Notes under the pieces: generated by a model
Told to the model about the DNA's origin: nothing
The model's input: only the letters and a program-made list of their open reading frames with translations
The model's database searches: none
Source of the DNA: an uncultured Myxococcales bacterium
GTDB lineage: Bacteria > Myxococcota_A > Polyangia > Polyangiales > Polyangiaceae
Direction: 5' to 3'
Assembly (NCBI GenBank): GCA_937902985.1
Contig: CALFNG010000206.1
Location: 3,097 to 67,096, forward strand
DNA: 64,000 nucleotides
Shown here: piece by piece, positions 46,075 to 55,113 of the stretch
How positions within the stretch are numbered: position 1 is the stretch's first letter
How the letters are laid out: each line of letters starts with the position of its first letter
Translations under genes and position numbers: made by a program

Positions 46075-47499
46075 GTGCCCACCATCAGCCTCTGCATGAT
46101 CGTTCGGGACGAAGAGGCGTTTCTCGCGGGCTGTCTCGCCTCGGCCAGGGGCGCGGTCGACGAGATGATCGTCGTCGATACGGGGAGCCAGGACGCGACG
46201 AAGCGAATCGCCCACGACGCGGGTGCCAAGGTGTTCGACTTCGCCTGGTGCGACGACTTCGCTGCCGCGCGCAACGCATCGCTGCGGCACGCCACCGGAG
46301 ACTGGGTCCTCGTGCTCGATGCGGACGAGCAGCTCGCCCGCGGGAGCGCCCTCGTCCTGAGGGAGGCGGTCGAGGGAGCCAGGTTCGACTGCGGACTCCT
46401 TCGCCTGCACAACGCGCCGTCGCTCGACATGCGTCCGGACGACGTTCTCATGTGGGGCAAGCAACGGTCCGAGACCTCGCGCGTGCCACGCCTGCTCAGA
46501 AATACCGACGGGCTCGCGTTCGTGGATCCCGTCCACGAGACGGCGACGCCATGGCTACGCCGTAGGGGGAGCCGCTTCGCCGCACTAGAAGCTCATATCA
46601 TCCACTACGGCGCCACCGACCAGGTCGTCTCGACCAAGGCCAAAGGCGAGCGGAACGTTCGTCTGCTCCGCGCGCGCCTCGCGCGAGACCGTACCGATGT
46701 CGTCGCCTACGCCTACCTGACCACGCAGCTCATGGCCGTAGGCCAGGTGGCCGAGGCGACGGAGGCCGCGGACCTCGGGTGGGAGCAGGTGGCGGGCGTC
46801 GCGATCGACATCGCCCCGGCGATTCAGTGCCTCGCGACGGGGAGGGTTCGTTTGCTGCTCGCGGCGGGGCGAGTCCCCGAGGCCCGAGAGACGCTCCGCA
46901 CCGCGCGATTGCGTGAAGGCGAAAGCACCGACTTGATGTTTCTGGATGGGCTCGTGTCAGAAGCGGAAGCTTCGGCCGTAGGGGGCGACCGGGCCCGCCG
47001 CGGCCTCGAGTCAGCACGCGAGAGCTATCGAGACTGCATCGGTACGGTTTCGGGTCACCTCGCCGCGTCGTTCATCTCCGGCGCGAGTTCGTGGCTCGGA
47101 TTGACGCACCTCGGGATCGTCGAGCTACTTCTCGGTCATCCTGCTGAAGCTCTAGGCGCGTTCGAGCAGGCCCTTGCCACGAGCCCCACGGCCACGGAGC
47201 CGCGCCTCGGTCTCGCTGAGGCGACGCTCGATCTCGGTGAAGCGGGGCGAGCCCTTGCTTACCTGGAGAGTCTATTGGCCTCCCCGCCGGTTCAGCCTGG
47301 CGCGGAGGTCGGCGAAGCGAAAGATCGCACGCCGCCCGACGCCTGGACGCTGGCCGCCGTGGCGGCCCACCGCCTCGGGTTCGCGAACAACGCTCGGCTC
47401 TTCAAGCGCCGCGCCGTGGCACTCCTCGGCAACGGCTTCGTGGCCCCTCATCGCCGTCTACGACTGAGGGACCTGCACACGGGCGACGCGGGGACGTGA
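46075..47499 (+). CDS. Family-2 glycosyltransferase with C-terminal TPR repeats, paralogue A
   Basis: (M)PTISLCMIVRDEEAFLAGCLASARGAVDEMIVVDTGSQDATKRIAHDAGAKVFDFAWCDDFAAARNASLRHATGDWVLVLDADE, then TPR. GTG 46075 was chosen by analogy with the paralogue's MARITLCMIV. GTG 46042 is also possible. Confidence 0.75.
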   Translation: MPTISLCMIVRDEEAFLAGCLASARGAVDEMIVVDTGSQDATKRIAHDAGAKVFDFAWCDDFAAARNASLRHATGDWVLVLDADEQLARGSALVLREAVEGARFDCGLLRLHNAPSLDMRPDDVLMWGKQRSETSRVPRLLRNTDGLAFVDPVHETATPWLRRRGSRFAALEAHIIHYGATDQVVSTKAKGERNVRLLRARLARDRTDVVAYAYLTTQLMAVGQVAEATEAADLGWEQVAGVAIDIAPAIQCLATGRVRLLLAAGRVPEARETLRTARLREGESTDLMFLDGLVSEAEASAVGGDRARRGLESARESYRDCIGTVSGHLAASFISGASSWLGLTHLGIVELLLGHPAEALGAFEQALATSPTATEPRLGLAEATLDLGEAGRALAYLESLLASPPVQPGAEVGEAKDRTPPDAWTLAAVAAHRLGFANNARLFKRRAVALLGNGFVAPHRRLRLRDLHTGDAGT

Positions 47500-47523
47500 A
47501 CCGTCGTCCGTCTCGCCGGTGCC

Positions 47524-48585
47524 TTAGAGCCCCTTCCTCTTGATCATCTCGACGAGCGTGGTGCGGTTCACGCCGAGGAGCTGCGCCGCCCTGTTCTTGT
47601 TGCGCCCGGTCTTTTCGAGTGCCTTTCGGATCAGCTCGTTCTCGTAGAGCTCCACGGCTGATCGCAGGTCGATTCCGCCCTCGGGCAGGGCGGCTGCAGC
47701 CATGCGACCACTCGGAAGTTCGTGCCGCATGCGCGGCGGAAGGTCGTCGGCGGTCAAGTATGGGCCGGGCCCGAGGAGAACCGCCCGCTCGACGACGTTT
47801 TCGAGCGCCCGAACGTTGCCGGGCCATTCGTATCCCGTCATGATCTCGAGCGCTTCCGAGGTGAATCCCTGGAGCTCGGTCCGTCCGGATTTCTCGACGC
47901 AGGTGCGAAAAAAGTGCATCGCGAGCAGCTCGATATCGCTCGCGCGATCGCGAAGCGCCGGCACCCTTACGTGGATGACGTCGAGGCGATAGAAGAGATC
48001 TTCGCGGAACCGACCATTCTGGACCTCTTGCTCGAGGTCGCGGTTCGTTGCCGCGACGACGCGGATGTTGCACTTGACCGTGCGCGAGTCGCCGACCGGG
48101 GAATACTCTCGCTGCTGGAGCAGGCGCAAGAGGTTCACTTGCACGGGGGCGGGCAGCTCGCCCACCTCGTCGAGGAAAAGGGTTCCCCCCTCGGCGGCGG
48201 CCACGCGCCCTTGCCGGGCCGCGTGCGCCCCGGTGAACGCCCCTTTGGCGTGACCGAAGAGTTCGCTCTCGACGAGGTTCTCCGGGATCGCGCCGCAGTT
48301 GACGGCGACGAGCGGCTGCGAAGCCCGCGGGCTCGCATCGTGGAGGGCGGCGACGATCAGCTCCTTGCCGGTCCCGCTCGGACCGGTAACGAGGACGGTG
48401 CACGACGACGCCGCCACCCGGCCGATCGTCGCGAGGATCTCGCGCATCGAGGGGTGCTCCCCGATGATTTTTCCCCGGCTCGTTGGTCGAAGGGTGGCGT
48501 GCCGCTCCGCGAGACGCACGGTCGTGCTCTCTCCGGCTATCGGGATGTCATCGCAACCAAGAACCTCGGCAGCTCCACCCTTCAT
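47524..48585 (-). CDS. Sigma-54-dependent transcriptional activator without a receiver domain (AAA+ and Fis HTH only)
   Basis: [41 protein letters not shown] and a C-terminal [16 protein letters not shown]. Only about 45 aa precede the AAA+ core. Confidence 0.85.
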   Translation of the reverse strand: MKGGAAEVLGCDDIPIAGESTTVRLAERHATLRPTSRGKIIGEHPSMREILATIGRVAASSCTVLVTGPSGTGKELIVAALHDASPRASQPLVAVNCGAIPENLVESELFGHAKGAFTGAHAARQGRVAAAEGGTLFLDEVGELPAPVQVNLLRLLQQREYSPVGDSRTVKCNIRVVAATNRDLEQEVQNGRFREDLFYRLDVIHVRVPALRDRASDIELLAMHFFRTCVEKSGRTELQGFTSEALEIMTGYEWPGNVRALENVVERAVLLGPGPYLTADDLPPRMRHELPSGRMAAAALPEGGIDLRSAVELYENELIRKALEKTGRNKNRAAQLLGVNRTTLVEMIKRKGL

Positions 48586-48745
48586 GCGCCCCCCCTGACT
48601 TCACCCATGAGCGACCGTCGGGCCACAAGGGGGCCACGCACAGGTTCATCGGGGAGCTTACGATGGCATCGCGATGCAACGGTCGCAAGGGTCTTGGGAT
48701 CCATCGGCGAGGAGAGAACGGCGACCCGCCGAGAAACTTAAGGGG

Positions 48746-49192
48746 TCAGGCTCTTGTTTCGACCGCTTCGACCGCTTCGGCGGTTGCGGGCGGGGCTGCG
48801 CTGGCTCCTGCCGCTTCACGCGCCATCTGCGCGACCGCGCCGGCCCAGGCTTCTCGTAGCGGCGAGAGGATCCGAACGACGTCTGTCAGCTTCGCCGGGT
48901 CCTGGTGAAGGTTTCCGGTGGTGATGTGCGACATGCAGAAGCCGTAGAGCGGCGACAGCTTCTCGTACAACGTTGGCAGGACGTCTTCTTTGAGACCGAG
49001 CAAGAGCTGCTCGAGGATCGCGAGCGAGCGGCTGACGCGCTCGTTACTCTTCGTCCGGTCCTTGGCCTCCATGGCTGCGGCACCTTCGCGAAGGAAGCGA
49101 AAGAGGGCATCGTACAGCATGACGAGGAGCTGCCCCGGAGAGCAGGTCGTGACTTTCACGACTCCGTAGCGCGCGAGTTCTTTGGGATTCAT
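48746..49192 (-). CDS. fliS: Flagellin-specific chaperone FliS
   Basis: SPGQLLVMLYDALFRFL..........R....L.ILEQLLLGL......LY.....LY.F....I..GN...D...L..V...L..LREAW. Confidence 0.8.
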   Translation of the reverse strand: MNPKELARYGVVKVTTCSPGQLLVMLYDALFRFLREGAAAMEAKDRTKSNERVSRSLAILEQLLLGLKEDVLPTLYEKLSPLYGFCMSHITTGNLHQDPAKLTDVVRILSPLREAWAGAVAQMAREAAGASAAPPATAEAVEAVETRA

Positions 49193-49278
49193 GGTCCTTC
49201 CTCACAGACGAGAGATTGCTTTCGGCCCAGGCGATTCGACGTGCTCCAAGGGCCGGACGAGGTCGAGCGGTGCGCGCG

Positions 49279-50655
49279 TCACACGAAGGTGCCGGTGCCG
49301 CCGAGATTGAAGAAGTCGGTCTTGTTCGACTGCACGGTGGATTCCATGGACGAGAACTGCGCCTGCAGCGTCGCCTGGTACGTCGCGACCTGCGCTTGCA
49401 GGTTCGCCTGCGATTTCGTGAGGTTCGTGACGCGGTTCGTGAACGACGTCACCTCCGCCTGGATCAGTGAGCCCGAGCCGGTCGTGAGCGTATTGATTGC
49501 GCTGCTGATGGTGCCCATGATGCCGGTCGAGCCTGAGGTCGGGTCCTTGACGAAGAGCTTCTGCACTCCGCTGGGGTCGCTCGCGAGGGCTGCGCCGAGC
49601 TTCGTCGAGTCGAGCGTGAGGGTCCCGTCTTTGTTGAAGGAGAGGCCGACGCTGCCGAGATTCTGAAACGTGGAGTCGGAGCCCGGCACGTCCGCGGCGA
49701 TCAAACTCGATAGCCGGCTGAGGGAGCCAGCGACCGCGCGGTCGCCCGCCAGGAGCGTGTTCGAGGCCGCGGCCGCTCCGTAACCCGCCGCCGCGTGGCC
49801 CGCCGTGACCATCGCGTTGTAGGCGGTGACGAAGGCAGTCACTTTCTGGGTAATCGCGGCCGGGTTCGACGCGACCGTGACCACGACGGGAGGGTCGGTG
49901 ACGGCGGTCGCCGTGACGGCGGTCAATGCGAGAATGACGCCGGGAATGGCGCCGGTGACCTGGTTACTGGGGCTGGTGATCTTGAAGCCGTTGACGTACG
50001 CGGTCGCGTCGCCCGCGCTCTGATACGCATTGGCGGGGTCCGAGAGGCCCAGCGCCGGGCTGCCCGCGGCGGGCGTCAGCCCGCTCTCGTCGAATGTCAC
50101 GGCGTTCGCCAGGCCCGTCGCGGTCCCCTGGACCTGGAGCCGATAGCTCGTTCCGTCGTAGAATACCGAGGCGGACACTGCTGCGCCGCTCGTGTTGATC
50201 TTGGTGGCAATCGTGGCCAGGGAGTCAGTCGCGTTCACGGTCACGGGGGAAGTCGCCCCGGTGATGCCGAGCGAGCCGGACATGCCGAGGGCCCCGGTGC
50301 TGGAGGTCATTGGGTTCCCGTAGGTGAGCTGCGCCGTTGCGAGCTTCGTGACCTGCAGGTTGTACGTTCCGCCGGCCGCCCCGCTCGAGGCGCTCGCGAC
50401 GATCGCCGAGCTGCTCGAGCTGGCCGTGTAAGACGAGTATTGCGTCGGGTCCGATAGCGCGTTGGCGGCCGTCTGGAGGGCCGACAGATTCGAAGCGAAG
50501 GACGAGATGGTCTTCGAGGCGTTCTGGATGTTGGTCTGCTGCGTCTGCATCGCGGTCAGCGGAGCTTGCCGGATGCCGACGAGCGTGCTGATGAGCGAGG
50601 CATCGTTGAGGCCGGAGCCGACTCCCAAACTTGCAAGACTGATCGAACTCGTCAT
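49279..50655 (-). CDS. fliD: Flagellar filament cap FliD
   Basis: The N-terminus is MTSSISLASLGVGSGLNDASLISTLV......PL. The central region is Ser/Thr/Ala-rich. The C-terminal coiled coil reads NRVTNLTKSQANLQAQVATYQATLQAQFSSMESTV. The start is at ATG 50655. Confidence 0.8.
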   Translation of the reverse strand: MTSSISLASLGVGSGLNDASLISTLVGIRQAPLTAMQTQQTNIQNASKTISSFASNLSALQTAANALSDPTQYSSYTASSSSSAIVASASSGAAGGTYNLQVTKLATAQLTYGNPMTSSTGALGMSGSLGITGATSPVTVNATDSLATIATKINTSGAAVSASVFYDGTSYRLQVQGTATGLANAVTFDESGLTPAAGSPALGLSDPANAYQSAGDATAYVNGFKITSPSNQVTGAIPGVILALTAVTATAVTDPPVVVTVASNPAAITQKVTAFVTAYNAMVTAGHAAAGYGAAAASNTLLAGDRAVAGSLSRLSSLIAADVPGSDSTFQNLGSVGLSFNKDGTLTLDSTKLGAALASDPSGVQKLFVKDPTSGSTGIMGTISSAINTLTTGSGSLIQAEVTSFTNRVTNLTKSQANLQAQVATYQATLQAQFSSMESTVQSNKTDFFNLGGTGTFV

Positions 50656-50693
50656 TTGTAACTCCGGCCGGGTGCCCACCCTGCGTCATCAGA

Positions 50694-50769
50694 GCTTCGC
50701 GAACTGCGAAGCCCCGGGCGCCGCGTACGTCGTCGCGCCTCCACCCGTGAGGAGCGACACGCGGCGCCC
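50694..50769 (-). terminator. Two GC-rich stem-loops directly downstream of fliC (possible terminator or attenuator before fliD)
   Basis: GGGCGCCGCGT...ACGCGGCGCCC forms a long imperfect hairpin at 50716-50769. GCTTCGC-N5-GCGAAGC forms a second at 50694-50712. There is no clear U-tract. Confidence 0.35.
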
Positions 50770-50786
50770 TAGTTCAGCCCCTCAGG

Positions 50787-51614
50787 TTACTGGTTGTGGA
50801 TCAAGCTGACGGCCAGCTGCGGCATCTGGTTCGCCTGGGCCAGGATGGCCTCGCCCGCTTGCGACATGACCTGCTGCTGCGAGAGCTGCGCGGTCGTCGC
50901 GGCGACGTCCACGTCCTGGATGGCGCTCAGCGCGCCCGCGGTGTTCGTCGACATCGAACCGAGGTTCGAGACGGTGTCGGCGAGGGCGTTCATTCCAGCG
51001 CCGAAGCCGGCGCGGATGCCGCTGAGGAGGTCGATGGCGCTCTTGATCTGCGTCATCGCCGTCGCCGCGCCACCAGCCGTGAGGACGTTGCCCGAGAGGC
51101 CGAGGCCAGACGCGTCCGCGCCCCCGAAGGAAACGGAGACCGCGTCCGAGGAGCTCGTTCCGATGCCGACCTGGAAGGTGGTCGCAGCGGCGCTGCCGCT
51201 GAGCAAGCTCGTGCCGTTGTAGGTCGTGTTCGCGGCGATGTTGGTGATCTCGGTGAGCTGGGCCTGGAACTCCTGGTCGAGGTTCGCCGAGTCAGCCGTG
51301 CTCAGCGTGCCGCTGGCGCCTTCGACGGCGAGCTGGCTGAGGCGGGTCAGGATGTCGGAGATCTGCGACGCGCCGCCGTCGGCCGTCTGGGTCATCGCGA
51401 TCGCGGTGTTCGCGTTCTGCGTGGCCGCCGTGTAGGAGCCGAGCTGCGACTTGAGGCGCATCGAGGCGCCGAGGCCGCCCGCGTCGTCCGCCGCGCTGTT
51501 GATCTTGTAGCCGCTCGAAAGCTTCTGCATCGTCTTGCCGAGCTGAACTTCCGTCTTGGAGAAGTTTTCCTGAGCTTTGAGCGACGTGAGGTTGGTCTGA
51601 ACGAAGAGAGACAT
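50787..51614 (-). CDS. fliC: Flagellin (short, 275 aa)
   Basis: N-terminus: MSLFVQTNLTSLKAQ...KLSSGYKINSAADDAGGL. C-terminus: ...SAIQDVDVAATTAQLSQQQVMSQAGEAILAQANQMPQLAVSLI. The variable region is short and Ser/Thr/Gly/Ala-rich. Confidence 0.9.
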   Translation of the reverse strand: MSLFVQTNLTSLKAQENFSKTEVQLGKTMQKLSSGYKINSAADDAGGLGASMRLKSQLGSYTAATQNANTAIAMTQTADGGASQISDILTRLSQLAVEGASGTLSTADSANLDQEFQAQLTEITNIAANTTYNGTSLLSGSAAATTFQVGIGTSSSDAVSVSFGGADASGLGLSGNVLTAGGAATAMTQIKSAIDLLSGIRAGFGAGMNALADTVSNLGSMSTNTAGALSAIQDVDVAATTAQLSQQQVMSQAGEAILAQANQMPQLAVSLIHNQ

Positions 51615-51679
51615 GTGAATTAACTCCTGCTGTCTGGGTGCGTGTTGGGGCTTCGAACTCGTTTGCCCGTCGTGATTGT

Positions 51680-51706
51680 GGAACGGCTGATTCCGGTCGC
51701 TATTTA
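51680..51706 (-). promoter_or_regulatory. Candidate sigma-28 (FliA) promoter for fliC
   Basis: The minus strand reads CTAAA-N15-GCCGTTCC, against the consensus TAAA-N15-GCCGATAA. It lies about 65 nt upstream of ATG 51614 in the 138-nt intergenic region. Confidence 0.45.
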
Positions 51707-51752
51707 GTAGATTTGTTGCGGCCTCGAACGATTCGTGGCGGCATACACCGGA

Positions 51753-52436
51753 TCACTCGTCATCGTGATTCGAGTTCGCGATCCGAAGAGCCGAATTGGA
51801 GATTGCGTCGAGCACTTGCGAGAGATCGGCGCCGGCGGGATAGGCGACCCCGGACATGGCCGATTCGATCGAGGGCACGGCCATGAGAGTCTCGACGGGC
51901 GCCTTGAGCCCACTCAGCGACTGAAGGGCCGACGCGTACTGGTCCTCGGAGGCCGTGTAGTACCCGGCCTGTTTGAGTGCGTGCGCGAAGCCGTGCACGT
52001 CGCCGACCTGGGCGCTCGAGAGCGCGGAGCCGAACTTGTGCGACAGGAGGCGAACGTAGTCGTCCGCGCCGTCGTCGACCGAGGCGTAGGCACGGAACCC
52101 TTGCCGGAGCGTCACGTCGTGGGCGCCGACGACTTCGTGCGTCAGATAGTTGGCGGTGTCACCATGCGGGCTGACGCCCTTGATCCCGCCGAAATTGAAA
52201 TTGTACATCTGGGCGCCGCTGCCCGTCTCGAGCGATGCCTGCGCCGTCAGCGTATCGAGGAGAGCGCTCGAGGGCGGCGCGCCCGTCATGCGCTTGTAGG
52301 CGCCGCCTATGGCCCGGCGAATGTCGGACGTGGAGACGGGCGTGCGCCGCGCCGCGACTTCGCGTCCTCCGCGCGTCTGGGGCGCGGTGACGGAGGAGGC
52401 AGCGGTGATCCCGGGCATGTTCCCGATACAGAGCAA
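51753..52436 (-). CDS. FlgJ-type peptidoglycan hydrolase (glucosaminidase domain only)
   Basis: LTAQASLETGSGAQMYNFNFGGIK...FRAYASVDDGADDYVRLL......A..L..AGYYT....Y. There is no obvious rod-binding N-domain. The start is TTG 52436 or ATG 52418. Confidence 0.7.
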   Translation of the reverse strand: MLCIGNMPGITAASSVTAPQTRGGREVAARRTPVSTSDIRRAIGGAYKRMTGAPPSSALLDTLTAQASLETGSGAQMYNFNFGGIKGVSPHGDTANYLTHEVVGAHDVTLRQGFRAYASVDDGADDYVRLLSHKFGSALSSAQVGDVHGFAHALKQAGYYTASEDQYASALQSLSGLKAPVETLMAVPSIESAMSGVAYPAGADLSQVLDAISNSALRIANSNHDDE

Positions 52437-52458
52437 TGCCCGTACCGTCGGCGCCGCG

Positions 52459-53184
52459 CTACGAATCGCCGGGTACCGTGGTCACCACCTTGTGGTCGGC
52501 CTGCTGGAACGCGTCGAGAGCCTTCTGGAACGCGTCGAACGCGCGGCTCGCCGTGACGAGGTCGGTCATGGCGCCGACGACGGACGTGTTGCTCCCTTCG
52601 AGAGTGCCAATGGAGAGCTCCCCCTTGGCGACGGTTGGAGTCCCGGCTGCGGCCGTCGCGTTCAGCAGCGTGCCGCCTTCAGGAACGAGCCGATCCGGGC
52701 TGGAAAACGCGACGATGCGGAGGCGACCGAGCTTCGTGTCCCCCTGCCAGACCTCTCCCGAGGCGGCGATCTTGACCGGGCCCTGGTCCTTCGTCGCGCG
52801 AATCGGCTTGCCGTCGTCTCCGACGAGCGGGTCCCCGCGCGACGTGTTCAACGTCCCGTCGGAGCCGACGGCGAGCGCCCCGGCGCGCGTGTAGCGCTCG
52901 CCGCGGGTGGTGCCTACCGCCAGGTAGCTCTGGTCGGGCAATACGACATCGAGTGCATTGCCGGTCGCGCGGAGCACGCCTCGGGTCGTGTCCAGGCTGA
53001 CGCCCGAGTTCGTCACCGAGCGGGCGCCGGCACCGCCGGTGGCCGTTGCGAGCGCTTCGCGGAACACGGCTCGAACGCGCTGGTACCCGTCGGTCGACGC
53101 GTTCGCGAGGTTGGTCGCGGTCGTGTCGAGCGATTCGGTCTGCGCGATCGCCCCGCTGAGGGCCACATAGATTCCATCACTCAT
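52459..53184 (-). CDS. flgF: Flagellar basal-body rod protein, FlgF-like
   Basis: MSDGIYVALSGAIAQTESLDTTATNLANASTDGY... and C-terminal LEGSNTSVVGAMTDLVTASRAFDAFQKAL. 241 aa. The start is at ATG 53184. Confidence 0.8.
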   Translation of the reverse strand: MSDGIYVALSGAIAQTESLDTTATNLANASTDGYQRVRAVFREALATATGGAGARSVTNSGVSLDTTRGVLRATGNALDVVLPDQSYLAVGTTRGERYTRAGALAVGSDGTLNTSRGDPLVGDDGKPIRATKDQGPVKIAASGEVWQGDTKLGRLRIVAFSSPDRLVPEGGTLLNATAAAGTPTVAKGELSIGTLEGSNTSVVGAMTDLVTASRAFDAFQKALDAFQQADHKVVTTVPGDS

Positions 53185-53188
53185 TGAC

Positions 53189-53902
53189 TCACTGCCTTCC
53201 GATGAGAGCGCGCAGGCGATGCATCGCCTCGGAGTGCAATTGCGAGACCCGCGATTCAGTGACGCCGAGCACGACGCCGATCTCCCGAAGCGTGCACTCC
53301 TCTTGGTAGTAGAGCGCGAGGATCTGCTGGAGCTTCGGCGGGAGGAGCTCAATGGCCTCGGCGGTGGCCGCGGAGAGCTCCTTCTTGCTGATCGCGTCGT
53401 CGACGGGCTCGGCAGGGTCGCCTTCGAGCTCGTCGATGTCGAGGAGCTCGAGCCGAGCCATTCCGGCCGAAGAGATTCGCTGGAGCAGGCGATAGTAGTC
53501 CTCGAGCTCCATCTCGAGGCCGTGGGCGATTTCCCCTTCGTCGGGCGCGCGACCGAGCCGCGTGGTGAGGGCGCGAATCATCTGGGTGACCTTGCGCGAC
53601 GATCGCCGGAGCTCCCGCGTCGCGGGGTCGAGGTTACGGAGGTAGTCGAGCATGGCGCCGCGGATGCGGCACGACGCGTACGCATCGAACTCGTCGGCGG
53701 GCATCGCCCCGTCGGCGCGCCGGTGGGCCTCCATGAGACCCACCCAGCCGTAGCCGACGAGGTCGGCGACGGTGATGTGCTTCGGTACCCGGCGAGCCAG
53801 CCGCATTGCGCAGCGGCGCACCAGAGGGAGAAAGTGCTCGTATGCCGCGCGATCGAGGTTCCGGTGGGCATAGCCTTCCGCCTGCAAGGGCGCGGCTGTC
53901 AT
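53189..53902 (-). CDS. fliA: Flagellar sigma factor FliA (sigma-28), paralogue 2
   Basis: DLVGYGWVGLMEAHRR......F..YA..RIRGAMLDYLR.LD and LPPKLQQILALYYQEECTLREIGVVLGVTESRVSQLHSEAMHRLR. ATG 53902 overlaps the flhF stop (ATGA). Confidence 0.85.
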   Translation of the reverse strand: MTAAPLQAEGYAHRNLDRAAYEHFLPLVRRCAMRLARRVPKHITVADLVGYGWVGLMEAHRRADGAMPADEFDAYASCRIRGAMLDYLRNLDPATRELRRSSRKVTQMIRALTTRLGRAPDEGEIAHGLEMELEDYYRLLQRISSAGMARLELLDIDELEGDPAEPVDDAISKKELSAATAEAIELLPPKLQQILALYYQEECTLREIGVVLGVTESRVSQLHSEAMHRLRALIGRQ

Positions 53903-55113
53903 TTCGAAGCTCCCCGCCCGACCGGGCGCATGACGGCGTCGAGAATCGCGGCCATCGTGGCGGGCGCGACGTCCTCGGGCACCCGCTGGCCGGCGCATAG
54001 AACGGCGATCGGGAGCTTTGAGACGTACGGCGCATGCGCGAGCCCCGACGGCGCATCCGTCTCGTCGAGCTTGGTCATTGCAATGGCAGTCGGGTTCGCC
54101 GTCGCGAACGCCTTGACCACCCGCGCGACGTCGACCGCCCGGACGTTGGCCGGCATGCACAGGAGGACGTGCCTGGAGAATGGTCGGCACTCCGGGGCGG
54201 CGGCGAAGGACGCGACGGAAAGGAGGCGCTCGGCGGAATCCACGACGGGCTCTCGACCCGACGTGTCGACGAGCACGAGGTCGGTCGTGGCGCTCGCGAG
54301 GATGCTGGCAAGCTCCGAGGCGTCGCGCGCGACGGCGACGGGCATCCCGAGCAGATCGGCGTATCTCTCGAGGTGTTCGACGCCGCCGACCCGGAAAGTG
54401 TCGCACGTCACCAGCGTGACGGTCTTTCCCTCGAACTTCGCGCGGGCCGCCAGCTTGGCGAGCGTGGTGGTCTTGCCGACGCCGGTCGGGCCGACGACCG
54501 CGATGACCGCCCGACCTTCGGCGGAGAGAGGCCATGGAGTCACGTGAATGAGCTCGGACACGGCGTCGCGGAGGCGCTCCTCCAGGCCGACAGCCCCTTC
54601 CTTGCGGGCTCGCATCGCGCGCGAGAGAGCGGCAGCCGCCCGCCCCTCGATCCCCGTCACGCGGACGAGCGCGGTCGCCTTGTCGCCTCTCGGGGGCGTC
54701 GGCGTCAGCTGGTCGAGCTGCTCGCGGATCGCGGCGATGTCTCGCGCCAGATCCGGGGGTGCCGCCGGCGTAGGCCGTTCCTGGTTGACCTTTGCGGCGC
54801 GCAGCTCGGCGCGCAGCTCGGATCGCAGCGCGGCGATTGGGTCGCGCGTCGGTCCCCGCTCGGCAGGAGCGTAGGCGCTCGAGGCGAATGGGCCTTTCGG
54901 CGCATTCGATGTCACCGGCGCTGCCGGGGGCGTGTTCACGACCGCGGCGGCAATCTCACAGTCCATCCCACCGAGGAGTCCCGCCATGCCCGATCGCCGG
55001 CGATGGCGCGTCGTGAGGACGACGGCGTCCTTGCCGAGCGCATCGGAAGCCGCCTTGCGAGCTTCGTCGAGGGTTCGGCCGCGGAAGACTTGAGTCGTCA
55101 TTGAGCTCCTCAT
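53899..55113 (-). CDS. flhF: Flagellar SRP-type GTPase FlhF
   Basis: VVGPTGVGKTTTLAKLAA, TCDTFRVGGVEHL, VDTSGR and TKLDET. ATG 55113 overlaps the flhA stop (ATGA). Confidence 0.85.
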   Translation of the reverse strand: MRSSMTTQVFRGRTLDEARKAASDALGKDAVVLTTRHRRRSGMAGLLGGMDCEIAAAVVNTPPAAPVTSNAPKGPFASSAYAPAERGPTRDPIAALRSELRAELRAAKVNQERPTPAAPPDLARDIAAIREQLDQLTPTPPRGDKATALVRVTGIEGRAAAALSRAMRARKEGAVGLEERLRDAVSELIHVTPWPLSAEGRAVIAVVGPTGVGKTTTLAKLAARAKFEGKTVTLVTCDTFRVGGVEHLERYADLLGMPVAVARDASELASILASATTDLVLVDTSGREPVVDSAERLLSVASFAAAPECRPFSRHVLLCMPANVRAVDVARVVKAFATANPTAIAMTKLDETDAPSGLAHAPYVSKLPIAVLCAGQRVPEDVAPATMAAILDAVMRPVGRGASK

